Of a DNA stretch of 64,000 nt, positions 1-8,951 are shown one piece after another. A program made the translations under genes and the position numbers. Positions within the stretch are counted from its first letter, which is position 1. Each line of letters starts with the position of its first letter. Source of the stretch: an uncultured Gemmatimonadales bacterium (GTDB taxonomy: Bacteria; Gemmatimonadota; Gemmatimonadetes; Gemmatimonadales; Gemmatimonadaceae); contig CAVPQB010000003.1 of the NCBI GenBank assembly GCA_963707505.1, forward strand, positions 672,001-736,000, read 5' to 3'. The notes beneath the pieces are model-generated. The model was given only the letters and a program-made list of their open reading frames with translations. It did no database searches and was not told the origin of the DNA.

Positions 1-2
1 CA

Positions 3-380
3 GTGCTGTTGTCCGCGCTGCCGGTCTTCATTCTGCTGCATCCGTCGCCGGAACGCCCCGCGCCAGGGTGGCTGTGCTGCCTCGCGGTCGGAATCGCTGT
101 CCCATTCGTACGTGAGCTCCCGGCATCACTCCTCACGAGTGTCGCCAAACGGATCTGCACGTACAGCTACGGGATTTATCTCCTGCTTACGCCGGCGATA
201 TGGATCGGCTTCGTCGTATTCGGCAGGGAGCCACGAGCGATCCAGTGGCTGGCGCTCGCGAGCGCGCTGGTGTTGCTACCATGGACTGCGTACAAACTGA
301 TCGAGCACCCAGCCATCGTCATGGGACGTGATCTCGTAACCGCAAGGCAAACCCTGGCTGCTACTTCTCCAGCGCCCTGA
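3..380 (+). CDS. Acyltransferase family 3 (OafA-like) membrane protein, C-terminal part (5' truncated by window)
   Basis: Hydrophobic helices; SYGIYL motif and terminal YKLIEHP typical of acyltransferase_3. Confidence 0.75.
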   Translation: MLLSALPVFILLHPSPERPAPGWLCCLAVGIAVPFVRELPASLLTSVAKRICTYSYGIYLLLTPAIWIGFVVFGREPRAIQWLALASALVLLPWTAYKLIEHPAIVMGRDLVTARQTLAATSPAP

Positions 381-395
381 ATTCGCTACCCGCGA

Positions 396-1298
396 TCAGC
401 AGGATCCGCGCTTGAACAGCATCACCGGCAGCGTTCGCGCCATGATCTTGAGATCTTCCAGCACCGACTGGCGCTCGAGGTATTCGAGATCGAACTCCAC
501 CTTTGCGCGCACGTCGTCGATCGAGGAATCGTAGGCGCGGTTGATCTGGGCCCAGCCGGTAATGCCCGGCCGCGCCTGCTGGCGCAACGGATACGAGACG
601 ATGTTCTGGCGTAGCTCCGCGAAGATGCTGGGGCGCTCCGGCCGCGGTCCCACGATGTTCATGTCGCCCAGTACGACGTTGATGAGCTGAGGAAGCTCGT
701 CGATTCGCGTCTTGCGAAGGAATTTTCCAACAGGCGTGACGCGAGGATCTTCCCTCGTCGCCCACACCGCCCCCGTCATCTGCTCCGCATCTACCCGCAT
801 CGAGCGGAACTTGATGATGCGGAATGCTCTGCCGCCAACGTCGTTGCGACGGCGATCGAAGACGGCGGTAGCCGCGCGGCGCCGGCGATCCATGCCGACA
901 CGCGTCTGCACATAGAATACGGGACCAGCCGACGTGAGCTTGATCGCAAGCGCAACGAGCGCCATCACCGGAGCAAGTATTACCAGGGACGCCAGGGCAA
1001 TCGTCACGTTCAATGCGCGATTGACCCACTCCGAGCGCTCGTTTGGTATGACGTGCAGGTGGATTGCTGGTTGAGTGTCAACCGCCGCTGTTGTACTTAC
1101 TGTTTCCGCAATGCCCGTTGCCATGAGCCGGAACAGTTGCTCCTCTCCCATGACAGCGAGCGGAACTTCGCGATCCGGCTCCGTGGGTGTCAGGCGCGGA
1201 GCCCGAGAGACGATCCCGCGCGCCTTTGCATTTGCGGGGAAGTCCAGAACGACCGAATCTGAATCCGGCCGATGGATGTCATGCGAGTTGAGTTCCAT
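396..1298 (-). CDS. Priming sugar transferase (Bac_transf; WcaJ/WbaP C-terminal type)
   Basis: KFRSM, DPRVTPVGKFLRKTRIDELPQL, GDMNIVGPRPE, PGITGWAQ motifs. Confidence 0.92.
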   Translation of the reverse strand: MELNSHDIHRPDSDSVVLDFPANAKARGIVSRAPRLTPTEPDREVPLAVMGEEQLFRLMATGIAETVSTTAAVDTQPAIHLHVIPNERSEWVNRALNVTIALASLVILAPVMALVALAIKLTSAGPVFYVQTRVGMDRRRRAATAVFDRRRNDVGGRAFRIIKFRSMRVDAEQMTGAVWATREDPRVTPVGKFLRKTRIDELPQLINVVLGDMNIVGPRPERPSIFAELRQNIVSYPLRQQARPGITGWAQINRAYDSSIDDVRAKVEFDLEYLERQSVLEDLKIMARTLPVMLFKRGSC

Positions 1299-1344
1299 AG
1301 GCGATAATTCGCAGCGAAAAGGTGCTGACCAGACCTTACGATTA

Positions 1345-2013
1345 CTAACGGTGGTTCAAGTAGAAAAGAAGTGTAGCCAACGATGCCGTAACTCCGACGA
1401 CCTTGAGAATCGTGTCCCACGACGACGCTGGCTTCTGTCCGATGACCAGCGCATCGCCCGGCGCGACGTGCAGCTGATCGATCGTCATTCCCGCCGCCAG
1501 CGCCGACGCGAGCTGCTCCTTCGGAATCACGTCTGTGCTTCCACGTTTGATAACTGAGCGATTGAGATCTGCTGTCCCCGTGGGCCCACCTGCCGACATC
1601 ACAACGTCGCTGAGAAGCATGTCACTCGGAACCGTGTAGAATCCCGGCTTGGTCACCTCTCCAAGTACCGCGATACGTACGAGCGCTGTTGCGTGAACCA
1701 CCGGGTCCCGAATGAACTTGCCTATCTCCTGCGTCAGATACTTCTGTATGTCTGCTCGCTTCACGCCTGCCAGATGAACATCGCCGAGTCCAGCCAACGT
1801 CAGAATCAGTCCATCTCTAACCGTGAGAGTATCTCTGATTCCCTGGATTCCCTGCGCACCCGGTTGTGGACTGTCGACTGTCAGCGCAATCCTGTCGCCA
1901 ACATGGAATTCATCCGCCTGAGACTCCTGCGCCTTCGCCGTAAACGGCAGCGCGACGCAGGCAAAAGCCGCGATCCCTATCAGTGCTCCAACACATCTCG
2001 AAACAGCAGTCAT
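1345..2013 (-). CDS. Polysaccharide export protein with SLBB domain (Wza-like)
   Basis: Signal peptide after ATG 2013 (GGGGA RBS); GDRI..., VLGEVTKPGFY, LSDVVMSAGG, PGDALVI motifs. Confidence 0.8.
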   Translation of the reverse strand: MTAVSRCVGALIGIAAFACVALPFTAKAQESQADEFHVGDRIALTVDSPQPGAQGIQGIRDTLTVRDGLILTLAGLGDVHLAGVKRADIQKYLTQEIGKFIRDPVVHATALVRIAVLGEVTKPGFYTVPSDMLLSDVVMSAGGPTGTADLNRSVIKRGSTDVIPKEQLASALAAGMTIDQLHVAPGDALVIGQKPASSWDTILKVVGVTASLATLLFYLNHR

Positions 2014-2031
2014 TCGGTGATCCCCCAGGTA

Positions 2032-2047
2032 AGCAGCGATTGTGCCA
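2032..2047 (-). promoter_or_regulatory. sigma54 (-24/-12) promoter for the wza-like/sugar transferase unit
   Basis: Minus strand TGGCACAATCGCTGCT, exact GG-N10-GC spacing, just upstream of the RBS. Confidence 0.75.
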
Positions 2048-2131
2048 GGCCCGAAGCCGGCGCCCGAACACTCCAAGTCCTTGTAAGACAACATTTTAAC
2101 AAAACCGCACCACCGACATCGAAGCCGATTC

Positions 2132-2149
2132 TGTTGCGTCTGTGCAACA
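2132..2149. promoter_or_regulatory. Putative enhancer (UAS) palindrome TGTTGC-N6-GCAACA
   Basis: Perfect 6-bp inverted arms ~85 bp upstream of the sigma54 site; related copies at 6094 and 6218. Confidence 0.6.
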
Positions 2150-2170
2150 GAAAGCGCATTCACATGATGT

Positions 2171-3586
2171 TTACACGCCTAGTCGAGCCTGGAGAGCATC
2201 CAACAGGATTCCAGCCTGATATGCACGCGAAAAACGGACATCACGACCGATTGGCTCCGGCACCACGCCAGCTATGTGTTCCGTATATCGTCTGTCAATG
2301 ATCTCAGCGATGCGTGCAACGTCGCGCGGTGATGCGACGTCGGCCTCGGTATCGCGCAACAGCAAAGCTGTCGCGCTGTCTTCGGCAGAGAGAGCCAGAA
2401 CCCACGCTGGGAATCTTACACACTCGAACGTCTTGGCGGGAATCGCAGCCATGTTGCTGCCTGACATCGTGACAAGCATGGTCGCGTTCGCCATGAACGC
2501 CATCGCTTCACGATGTGGCAGCGATGGTCCGATTCGTACGTAATCCGCGATGGACTCAGCCCGCGCTACCGCTTCGATCGGGAAGCCACCGACCGCCTCC
2601 AGATCCCCGATGAACTCGAGCGTGAGATCTTCCGGGGTCAACGCACGTTTGCGGATCACCTCGGCCGCAGCCTGAAATAGCGCGCGTGGATCACGGTCGA
2701 GATAGAGCGTGCCCGCGTGAGCGATGACGAACCGCCCGCCGCGCCGCTGAGGCGGCAACACATCGTCGTCGCCACCGTTGGTAACGGTCATGATGTCGTC
2801 AGCGCGCCCTGGATAGGTGGCGCTCAGCTGACGCCGCGCGACTTCAGTGTTGGCGACTATCAGAGCGGCACGCTCGACTGCCCTTGCCTCGTGCCGCGCA
2901 GCGAGCCGCACCCAGGCCGGCGTCGCAATCGCCTCCGCCAGGCGTTCGACGTGGCTCCACGGGTCACGCATGTCCATCACGAACGGGATTCGATAACGCT
3001 CGGATAGCCGCCGTCCGACATCGTGCGACATGAATGGCGGCCCCGAGGTTATGACTGCACGATGAACGGCCGGGTCAAAGATCCCGGACGCAGCATCGAT
3101 CGCATTGTCGCCCCAGGCGCTCACCCGCGCAAAATCGAGCGCCGCCCAGTACGCGCGCAGCCATCCACGCGGCGTGTGCAAGGCCCACCGCAGATCTGAC
3201 CGTGCAACTGACGAGACACGGGGAGCAGGCGGCGATGCCGGTGCGGAAATTCCGCGCGCGCCATCGGACACGGCCTTCCGCCTTCCCTTCACCATGCGCC
3301 ACAGGGCGTTTTCGGCGCGCTCTCTCCCGAGCAGTGGTTCAGTGACGGCAAACACACGAACTCCAGATGGCACCGAGCTCCGCGCTGCTTCGACATCCGC
3401 GCCGTTCACACCGCCGCGCATGAAGACGTCGAGACCCCACCCTCGCTCCGCGGCGAAATGAGCGAACTTCTGCCACCGCTTCGCACCGACCGCCCGGTCC
3501 GGCGGGAAGTGGTAGCTGATGACGAGGAGACGCCGGTCACGTTGTGAGCCGGCGTCCTCGTTTTCATATAACGGATTCATCCGCAA
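2171..3586 (-). CDS. Glycosyltransferase family 4-like
   Basis: LLVISYHFPP...GAKRW, ITSGPPF, DMRDPW, IPAKTFE motifs. Confidence 0.8.
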   Translation of the reverse strand: MRMNPLYENEDAGSQRDRRLLVISYHFPPDRAVGAKRWQKFAHFAAERGWGLDVFMRGGVNGADVEAARSSVPSGVRVFAVTEPLLGRERAENALWRMVKGRRKAVSDGARGISAPASPPAPRVSSVARSDLRWALHTPRGWLRAYWAALDFARVSAWGDNAIDAASGIFDPAVHRAVITSGPPFMSHDVGRRLSERYRIPFVMDMRDPWSHVERLAEAIATPAWVRLAARHEARAVERAALIVANTEVARRQLSATYPGRADDIMTVTNGGDDDVLPPQRRGGRFVIAHAGTLYLDRDPRALFQAAAEVIRKRALTPEDLTLEFIGDLEAVGGFPIEAVARAESIADYVRIGPSLPHREAMAFMANATMLVTMSGSNMAAIPAKTFECVRFPAWVLALSAEDSATALLLRDTEADVASPRDVARIAEIIDRRYTEHIAGVVPEPIGRDVRFSRAYQAGILLDALQARLGV

Positions 3587-3605
3587 TCAGCGATTGGCCG
3601 CGCGA

Positions 3606-6051
3606 TTAGCTGGACTTCTCCGCTGCTCCAGGCAGTGCCGTAACTTCGTCCTTGAGCACGTCGGCGTCGGCTTCCGCGTCCGGACCGTATCCGTACAGGT
3701 ATGAATACTCCGAGTACAGCTCCCCTGCCGAAACGGCGTTGACCACTGCGCCGAGTATGCGAACGGGAAGACGGTTCATCAGCTTGAGCTTGGCCTTGGC
3801 CACTCGGCGATCGGTATGGCCGGTGCGCATCACGAGCATCAGATTGCGCGTCGCAACGCTCAGTGCGTAGGCATCGACACCGGCCGCGAGCGGTGCGCTG
3901 TCGATGATTATCACGTCGAACCTGGACCGAACCATGTTCAGTAGCGCAGGGAGCCGCGCGGACGTGAGCAGCTCTGGCCCACGATGTCTGCGAGTTCCCG
4001 AAGCGATGAGCGTGAGCGCGCCGTGTACGGGCACCTCGCGCATCACGTGCGCCGCGTCCACTTCGCCGGCGAGATAGTCCAGCAATCCAGGACGCCGCTC
4101 GATTCCAAAGATCGAGTGCAGCTTGCCGCGTCTGATGTCGCCGTCGATGAGCAGCGTCTTGAAGCCTGCCTCCGCGAACGACAGCGCGAGGTTCGATGAG
4201 ATCATCGACTTTCCGTCACCCACGCCCGGACTCGAGACCGTCACCATCACAGGCGGCGAGTCGAACATGTGGTGAAGGTTCATTCGCAAGCCGCGGAACG
4301 CCTCGACGCTCTGCAACACTGCATCCGGATCCTTGTCTCCCTCGCCCGGCTTCGGAACGGTCGGGATCGCGCCCATCATATCGAGCCCGAGCTCGTCCGC
4401 GATCTGCTCGGGGTAGCGGAAACGGTGGTCGATCATGTCGAACAGAAGCGCGATGATGACACCGAGACCCGCTGCCGCCAGGAATCCGCCGCCGACCAGC
4501 ATCGCCTTGACGTTGCGCTGCGCACTCGCAGCGGGAAGCGCCGGATCGAGGATCGACACGTCGGGAACGGTACTCTCCGCGCCGAGTCGCGCAGTCTCGT
4601 AACGATTTTCGACGTTGTTGTACAGCGCTTCCGCAGTAGCCTGATCGCGGCGGAGCCGCTGTTCCTCCGTTGTACGCGCTGGAATTCCTTCGAGCGTCGA
4701 TGAGTCGGCGCGCACATCGGCCGCGATGCGTTTCTCCTGATCGCGCAGCAGATCGACCTGCGTCTGCATCAGATCGGGAATCGTCTGTGTGCGGAGGGTG
4801 TGCACGGCCACGGCCATGTTCTTGACCGCGGGGAACGAATCCGTGTAGGACTGTCTCAATCCTCGCAGCTGCGTTTCCTTTTCGACGAGGTCCTTGAGCG
4901 CCGAGGTGAGCATCGGCGCTCCGGCGATCGCGGGCACGGCGGCGAGAACATCGGGCGAGAAATTCCCCTGCCGTGCGGACGGGATCAGACTCTCGAGCGA
5001 CTGAAGGCTGCGCTGAACGGTTTGGAGGTCAGTCTGACTCTTGAAGTATTGCGTGCTCAGCGCGTCGGGCGGCGGGGCTATGCCGAGTGTCGATGCTGTT
5101 GCAGATACCGATGCCTCGGTGGGCTTGGTGATCGCACGAGAGCGGAAGGCCTGAAGCGCGCTTTCGGCGCTTCTGAGATTTTCCTGCGCGGAGCCGCGTT
5201 GTGCATCGAGGATGTCGGCTTGAGTCGCGAGACTGCGCGTGCGAAGCTCTGCGGCAGTCGCAAGGAACTGCTGCATCCAGACATTGAGGAGGTCGGCGGT
5301 CTGCCACTTGTCCGCGCCTGTGAGCGTCAGCGTGAGGAAGTTGCTGTTCTCCTGCATCGAGACGTCCAGCCGCTGGATCAGGTCGACTCCGACTGACCGT
5401 GGCTGAACCACGGTAAAGCGTACCGACTGATTTCCCTGCAGCGAAGCCGACAGTGGGGACCCATGCAAAGCCGACTGATTTGCCGACCGAATCGCCGAGC
5501 CTGCCGTGCTCGAAGATTCCCTTCTGAGCTTCGGCGAGCGAGTACGTGCCCTTGGTGGAATCGGACCACAATGTGTAGTCGCCCGGAACGGTCCGCTGCC
5601 CGGGCTGGATTCCTACGAGAGCCACCGAGTCGCGCCAGGTCTTTCCCTTGACCCAGAGACGCTGGTGAGCGACCACCTTGTCGACGACTGCGAAGCTGCG
5701 AATCAGCTGGACCCAGGAGCCGTTGGGCAGGAGCTCTGGCGGACGGTAGGCGCCGCCGTTGTTCGTGCCGACGTCAGCGATCCAGAGGGCTCCGCGGGCC
5801 TCGAAAACCGGTTCTATGAAGCGGGTCGCGATGACTCCGGCGGTGGTGCCGAGCGCCGCGAGGATTATGATTAGCCAGCGGAAACGTTTGATTGCCGCCC
5901 AGTACCGACGGAGTTTTGCGCCGCCTCCACCTCCCTCTTCGTCCTCGACGATCGGCTGAGGGGTGAGGTCGAGTGGAGCTATGTCGGTCGTACCCGGGAG
6001 GGCTGGCGCCGCATCCCGGAAAGAGCCCGCGGGCACAATTGAGTTTTTCAT
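3606..6051 (-). pseudogene. wzc: Wzc/GumC polysaccharide co-polymerase tyrosine autokinase, split by a frameshift near 5455 (real or sequencing error)
   Basis: N-terminal Wzz-like TM region in ORF 5029..6225 (start 6051); kinase half in ORF 3606..5468 with Walker A SPGVGDGKS, DGDIRRG, IIDSAP and Tyr cluster YSEYSYLYGY. Confidence 0.85.
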
Positions 6052-6093
6052 CTGCAGTGCCGAAAGATAGAGGTAGTTACGTGGCCGGAACAG

Positions 6094-6111
6094 CGTTGCG
6101 GCGACGCAACG
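6094..6111. promoter_or_regulatory. Palindrome CGTTGC-N6-GCAACG (putative regulator site)
   Basis: Inverted repeat in the wzc/regulator divergent region, same architecture as 2132. Confidence 0.5.
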
Positions 6112-6217
6112 GTACACGGACCTGGATACAGTATCGGCAGGGGGGCGTTCGCTATTAGAGACGAAATATCCCTTGTGCCGCCCAGCCGGAGAGGCATATT
6201 TGCAGGTGCGCACAGTT

Positions 6218-6235
6218 TGTAGCATGCATGCAACA
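6218..6235. promoter_or_regulatory. Palindrome TGTAGC-N6-GCAACA (putative regulator site)
   Basis: Near-perfect inverted repeat upstream of the sigma54 activator gene. Confidence 0.5.
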
Positions 6236-6291
6236 CCGTACCCTTTCTACTGCGGCTCCCCAAGCACATGCGTTTCCCCGGGTCGGGTTTG

Positions 6292-7836
6292 ATGTCTGAA
6301 TCTCTCAATGGTCAGCGGCGCGCCGATACGGACGCGGTCGCTACGAGTGCGCGCGCGGAGCTGAGACTACTCGTTGTCGAGTGCGACGACTCGCTCCGAG
6401 AGGGCTGCGTCGCCGTTCTACGGGGCGAGGGATATACCGTTACCGGCAGCTCGCGCGGTGATGAAGCGCTTCGGATGCTCCAGAAGCGGAAGTACGACAT
6501 AGTGCTCGTGAATCTGTTCATGAGTGGCGTTTCCGGGATGAAGATTCTGGAGGCGGCCCGGGATGCCCACAGTGACTCGCTGGTCATCCTCATGACCGGC
6601 AACCCGAGTGTCGAGACGAACATCCGGGCCCTTCAAGCGGGGGCCTGGGAATATCTGGCGATGCCATTCACGGCTGAGCAGCTGCAGCTTGTTGTAGGCC
6701 GTGCTGCACACCGCGTGCTAGAAGGTCGCGGCGCACCCGTCGTCGCCGCGGATGTGGTCACCGACGCCCCTGATGACGGCATGGCGTCGTTGATCGGAAT
6801 CTCGCCAGCGTTCTGTCGGGCTGTGGAGCTTGCACGGAAGGTTGCAAAGACCAACGCATCGGTCATGATCAGTGGTGAGAGCGGCACCGGCAAGGAAGGA
6901 ATTGCTCAGCTGATTCACAAGCAGAGCCGCCGCGCTGGCAAAAGGTTCGTGGCGATAAACTGCGCCGCGCTCCCCGCTCAACTGCTCGAATCCGAGATGT
7001 TCGGCCACAAGAAGGGGTCGTTCACGGGCGCCGATAGAGACAAGCCGGGATTGCTGGAGGTCGCGCACAACGGCTCTCTTTTTCTGGACGAACTGACCGA
7101 AATGCCTCTGGCCCTGCAGGCCAAGCTGCTCCGCGTGATTCAGGACGGAGTAGTGCGCCGGGTCGGTAGCGAGCAGGAAGACGCGACCGTCGACGTGCGC
7201 TTCATCTCGGCGACGAACCGGGACCCCAACGAGGCGGTTCGTACGCACGTTCTGCGAGACGACCTGTTCTATCGTCTGAGGGTGGTGCCGCTCCATCTTC
7301 CGCCGCTCAGGGAGAGACTGGAAGATGTGCCGCTTCTAGCGAACCACTTCCTGGTCCAGTACTGGCGCCGGCACCGTATTTCCGACGGCATTTGCCCATC
7401 GCTGTCCGCATCCGCGATCGACCTGCTCACGTCACTGGCTTGGCCGGGTAATGTGCGGGAACTTCAGAACCTCATGGAGCATCTGGCCGTGCTCGCGGAC
7501 GCGGGGTCGACGATTCAGGCCGACGACCTTCCGGCGCGCGGCGACGTCGCCGCTGCAAATAACGGCACACGCAGCTGGCCCGCGCATCTGATGTCCAAGG
7601 CCTATCACCCCGCCAAGGAAGCCGTACTCGCGCACTTCGAGAAGGAATATCTCTCCTCGCTCGTCGCTCGCGCCGAGCGCAACATGTCGAAGGCCGCAAG
7701 ACTCGCTGGGATCGACAGAACGACGTTGTACCGGCTTCTGGACAAGCATTCGATCGATGCCGGCTCCAGGCCGATTCCGGCGGTGACAATCGACACCGCC
7801 GAGGTCCCACCCGAACGGGCGCGACTGGCGGACTAG
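6292..7836 (+). CDS. sigma54-dependent enhancer-binding protein (NtrC family) with atypical receiver domain
   Basis: GESGTGKE, GSFTGA, LFLDE, WPGNVREL and Fis-HTH (AARLAGIDRTTLYRLL). Confidence 0.92.
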   Translation: MSESLNGQRRADTDAVATSARAELRLLVVECDDSLREGCVAVLRGEGYTVTGSSRGDEALRMLQKRKYDIVLVNLFMSGVSGMKILEAARDAHSDSLVILMTGNPSVETNIRALQAGAWEYLAMPFTAEQLQLVVGRAAHRVLEGRGAPVVAADVVTDAPDDGMASLIGISPAFCRAVELARKVAKTNASVMISGESGTGKEGIAQLIHKQSRRAGKRFVAINCAALPAQLLESEMFGHKKGSFTGADRDKPGLLEVAHNGSLFLDELTEMPLALQAKLLRVIQDGVVRRVGSEQEDATVDVRFISATNRDPNEAVRTHVLRDDLFYRLRVVPLHLPPLRERLEDVPLLANHFLVQYWRRHRISDGICPSLSASAIDLLTSLAWPGNVRELQNLMEHLAVLADAGSTIQADDLPARGDVAAANNGTRSWPAHLMSKAYHPAKEAVLAHFEKEYLSSLVARAERNMSKAARLAGIDRTTLYRLLDKHSIDAGSRPIPAVTIDTAEVPPERARLAD

Positions 7837-7875
7837 CGGGCTGGTCGCTGTAATTCCCCACGAAAGGGAACACCG

Positions 7876-7945
7876 CTCTGGCCGTCATTCCCGCGAAAGC
7901 GGGAATCCATCTCTGGCCGTCATTCCCGCGAAAGCGGGAATCCAT
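7876..7945. repeat. Perfect 35-bp tandem duplication of a REP-like palindrome GTCATTCCCGCGAAAGCGGGAATCCA
   Basis: ctctggccgtcattcccgcgaaagcgggaatccat x2. Confidence 0.9.
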
Positions 7946-8098
7946 GTTAGCGGGCTTCAGTTCGGTGCGTGACCACGCTGGAACAGACGTTGCAAGCATG
8001 TCTGTTCCTGTATCAGCCAAGGCAGGTTCACACAGTGCTCGGGTTCAATTGCAACGACTGATTTTCCACTTTCGGGGCGGGCACATTCTGACGATTAA

Positions 8099-8947
8099 AT
8101 GCTCGCAGCTTTAAGGAACGCGACGACAGAGGTCTGGGACCACAGAGACCTTCTCGAGCAGTTGGCACTCCGCGACATCAAGCTTCGCTACAAACAGGCC
8201 GCGATGGGCTTCATGTGGGCCGTATTCATGCCGTGCCTGATCGTCCTATCCGGACTCATCATCAGGTACGCGATGGCGCGGATCGCCGGACAGACGCTCG
8301 TGGCGTCCGACGTCGCAAACATTGCCGTCAAGGGAGTGGGCTGGGCTTTTTTTGTTGGTGCGCTCGGGTTCGCAACGGCAAGTCTGGTTGGGAACTCGTC
8401 ACTCGTCACGAAGATCTACTTTCCGCGCGAGGTGCTACCGCTTTCAGCGGTCGCGGCGCAGAGCTTCGACACCGCGATCGGGCTGGGAACGCTGCTGGTG
8501 CTCCTTCCATTTCTTGGAGTAAGAGTACACATGAGCCTCCTCTGGGTGCCGGCGCTTCTCGCGCTTCTCGTATTGTTCACAACAGCTGCGTCGCTGTTTC
8601 TCAGCTGCGCCAATCTGTTTTATCGCGACGTCAAGTACATCGTTCAGATAGTATTGATGTTCGGGATCTTCTTCACGCCGGTGTTCTTCGAGCCGTCGAT
8701 GCTGGGCACGCGCGGTGCGCATCTCGCGATGTTGAATCCCATGACCGGGATTCTGGAGGGCCTGCGGATCAGCATCGTAGCTGGCCAGGATCTGTCACGT
8801 CCGATCACGACACTGGTGCACGGTGTGGTGACACCGGTGTGGGAGCCGTGGGAGCTCGTCTATTCTGCGATCTGGGCAGTTGGCGGACTTCTCGGCGCCA
8901 CGACGATGTTCCGGCGCCTGCAACCGTTATTCGCTGAATTCATATAG
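8099..8947 (+). CDS. wzm: ABC-2 polysaccharide exporter permease
   Basis: RDIKLRYKQ, LVTKIYFPRE, YRDVKYIV, FFTPVFF, LNPMTG motifs. Confidence 0.92.
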   Translation: MLAALRNATTEVWDHRDLLEQLALRDIKLRYKQAAMGFMWAVFMPCLIVLSGLIIRYAMARIAGQTLVASDVANIAVKGVGWAFFVGALGFATASLVGNSSLVTKIYFPREVLPLSAVAAQSFDTAIGLGTLLVLLPFLGVRVHMSLLWVPALLALLVLFTTAASLFLSCANLFYRDVKYIVQIVLMFGIFFTPVFFEPSMLGTRGAHLAMLNPMTGILEGLRISIVAGQDLSRPITTLVHGVVTPVWEPWELVYSAIWAVGGLLGATTMFRRLQPLFAEFI

Positions 8948-8951
8948 TACG

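Noticed and set aside
7876..7945. 35-bp direct repeats as a CRISPR array
   Set aside because: Two abutting copies, no spacer, no cas genes; related hairpins are dispersed like REPs.
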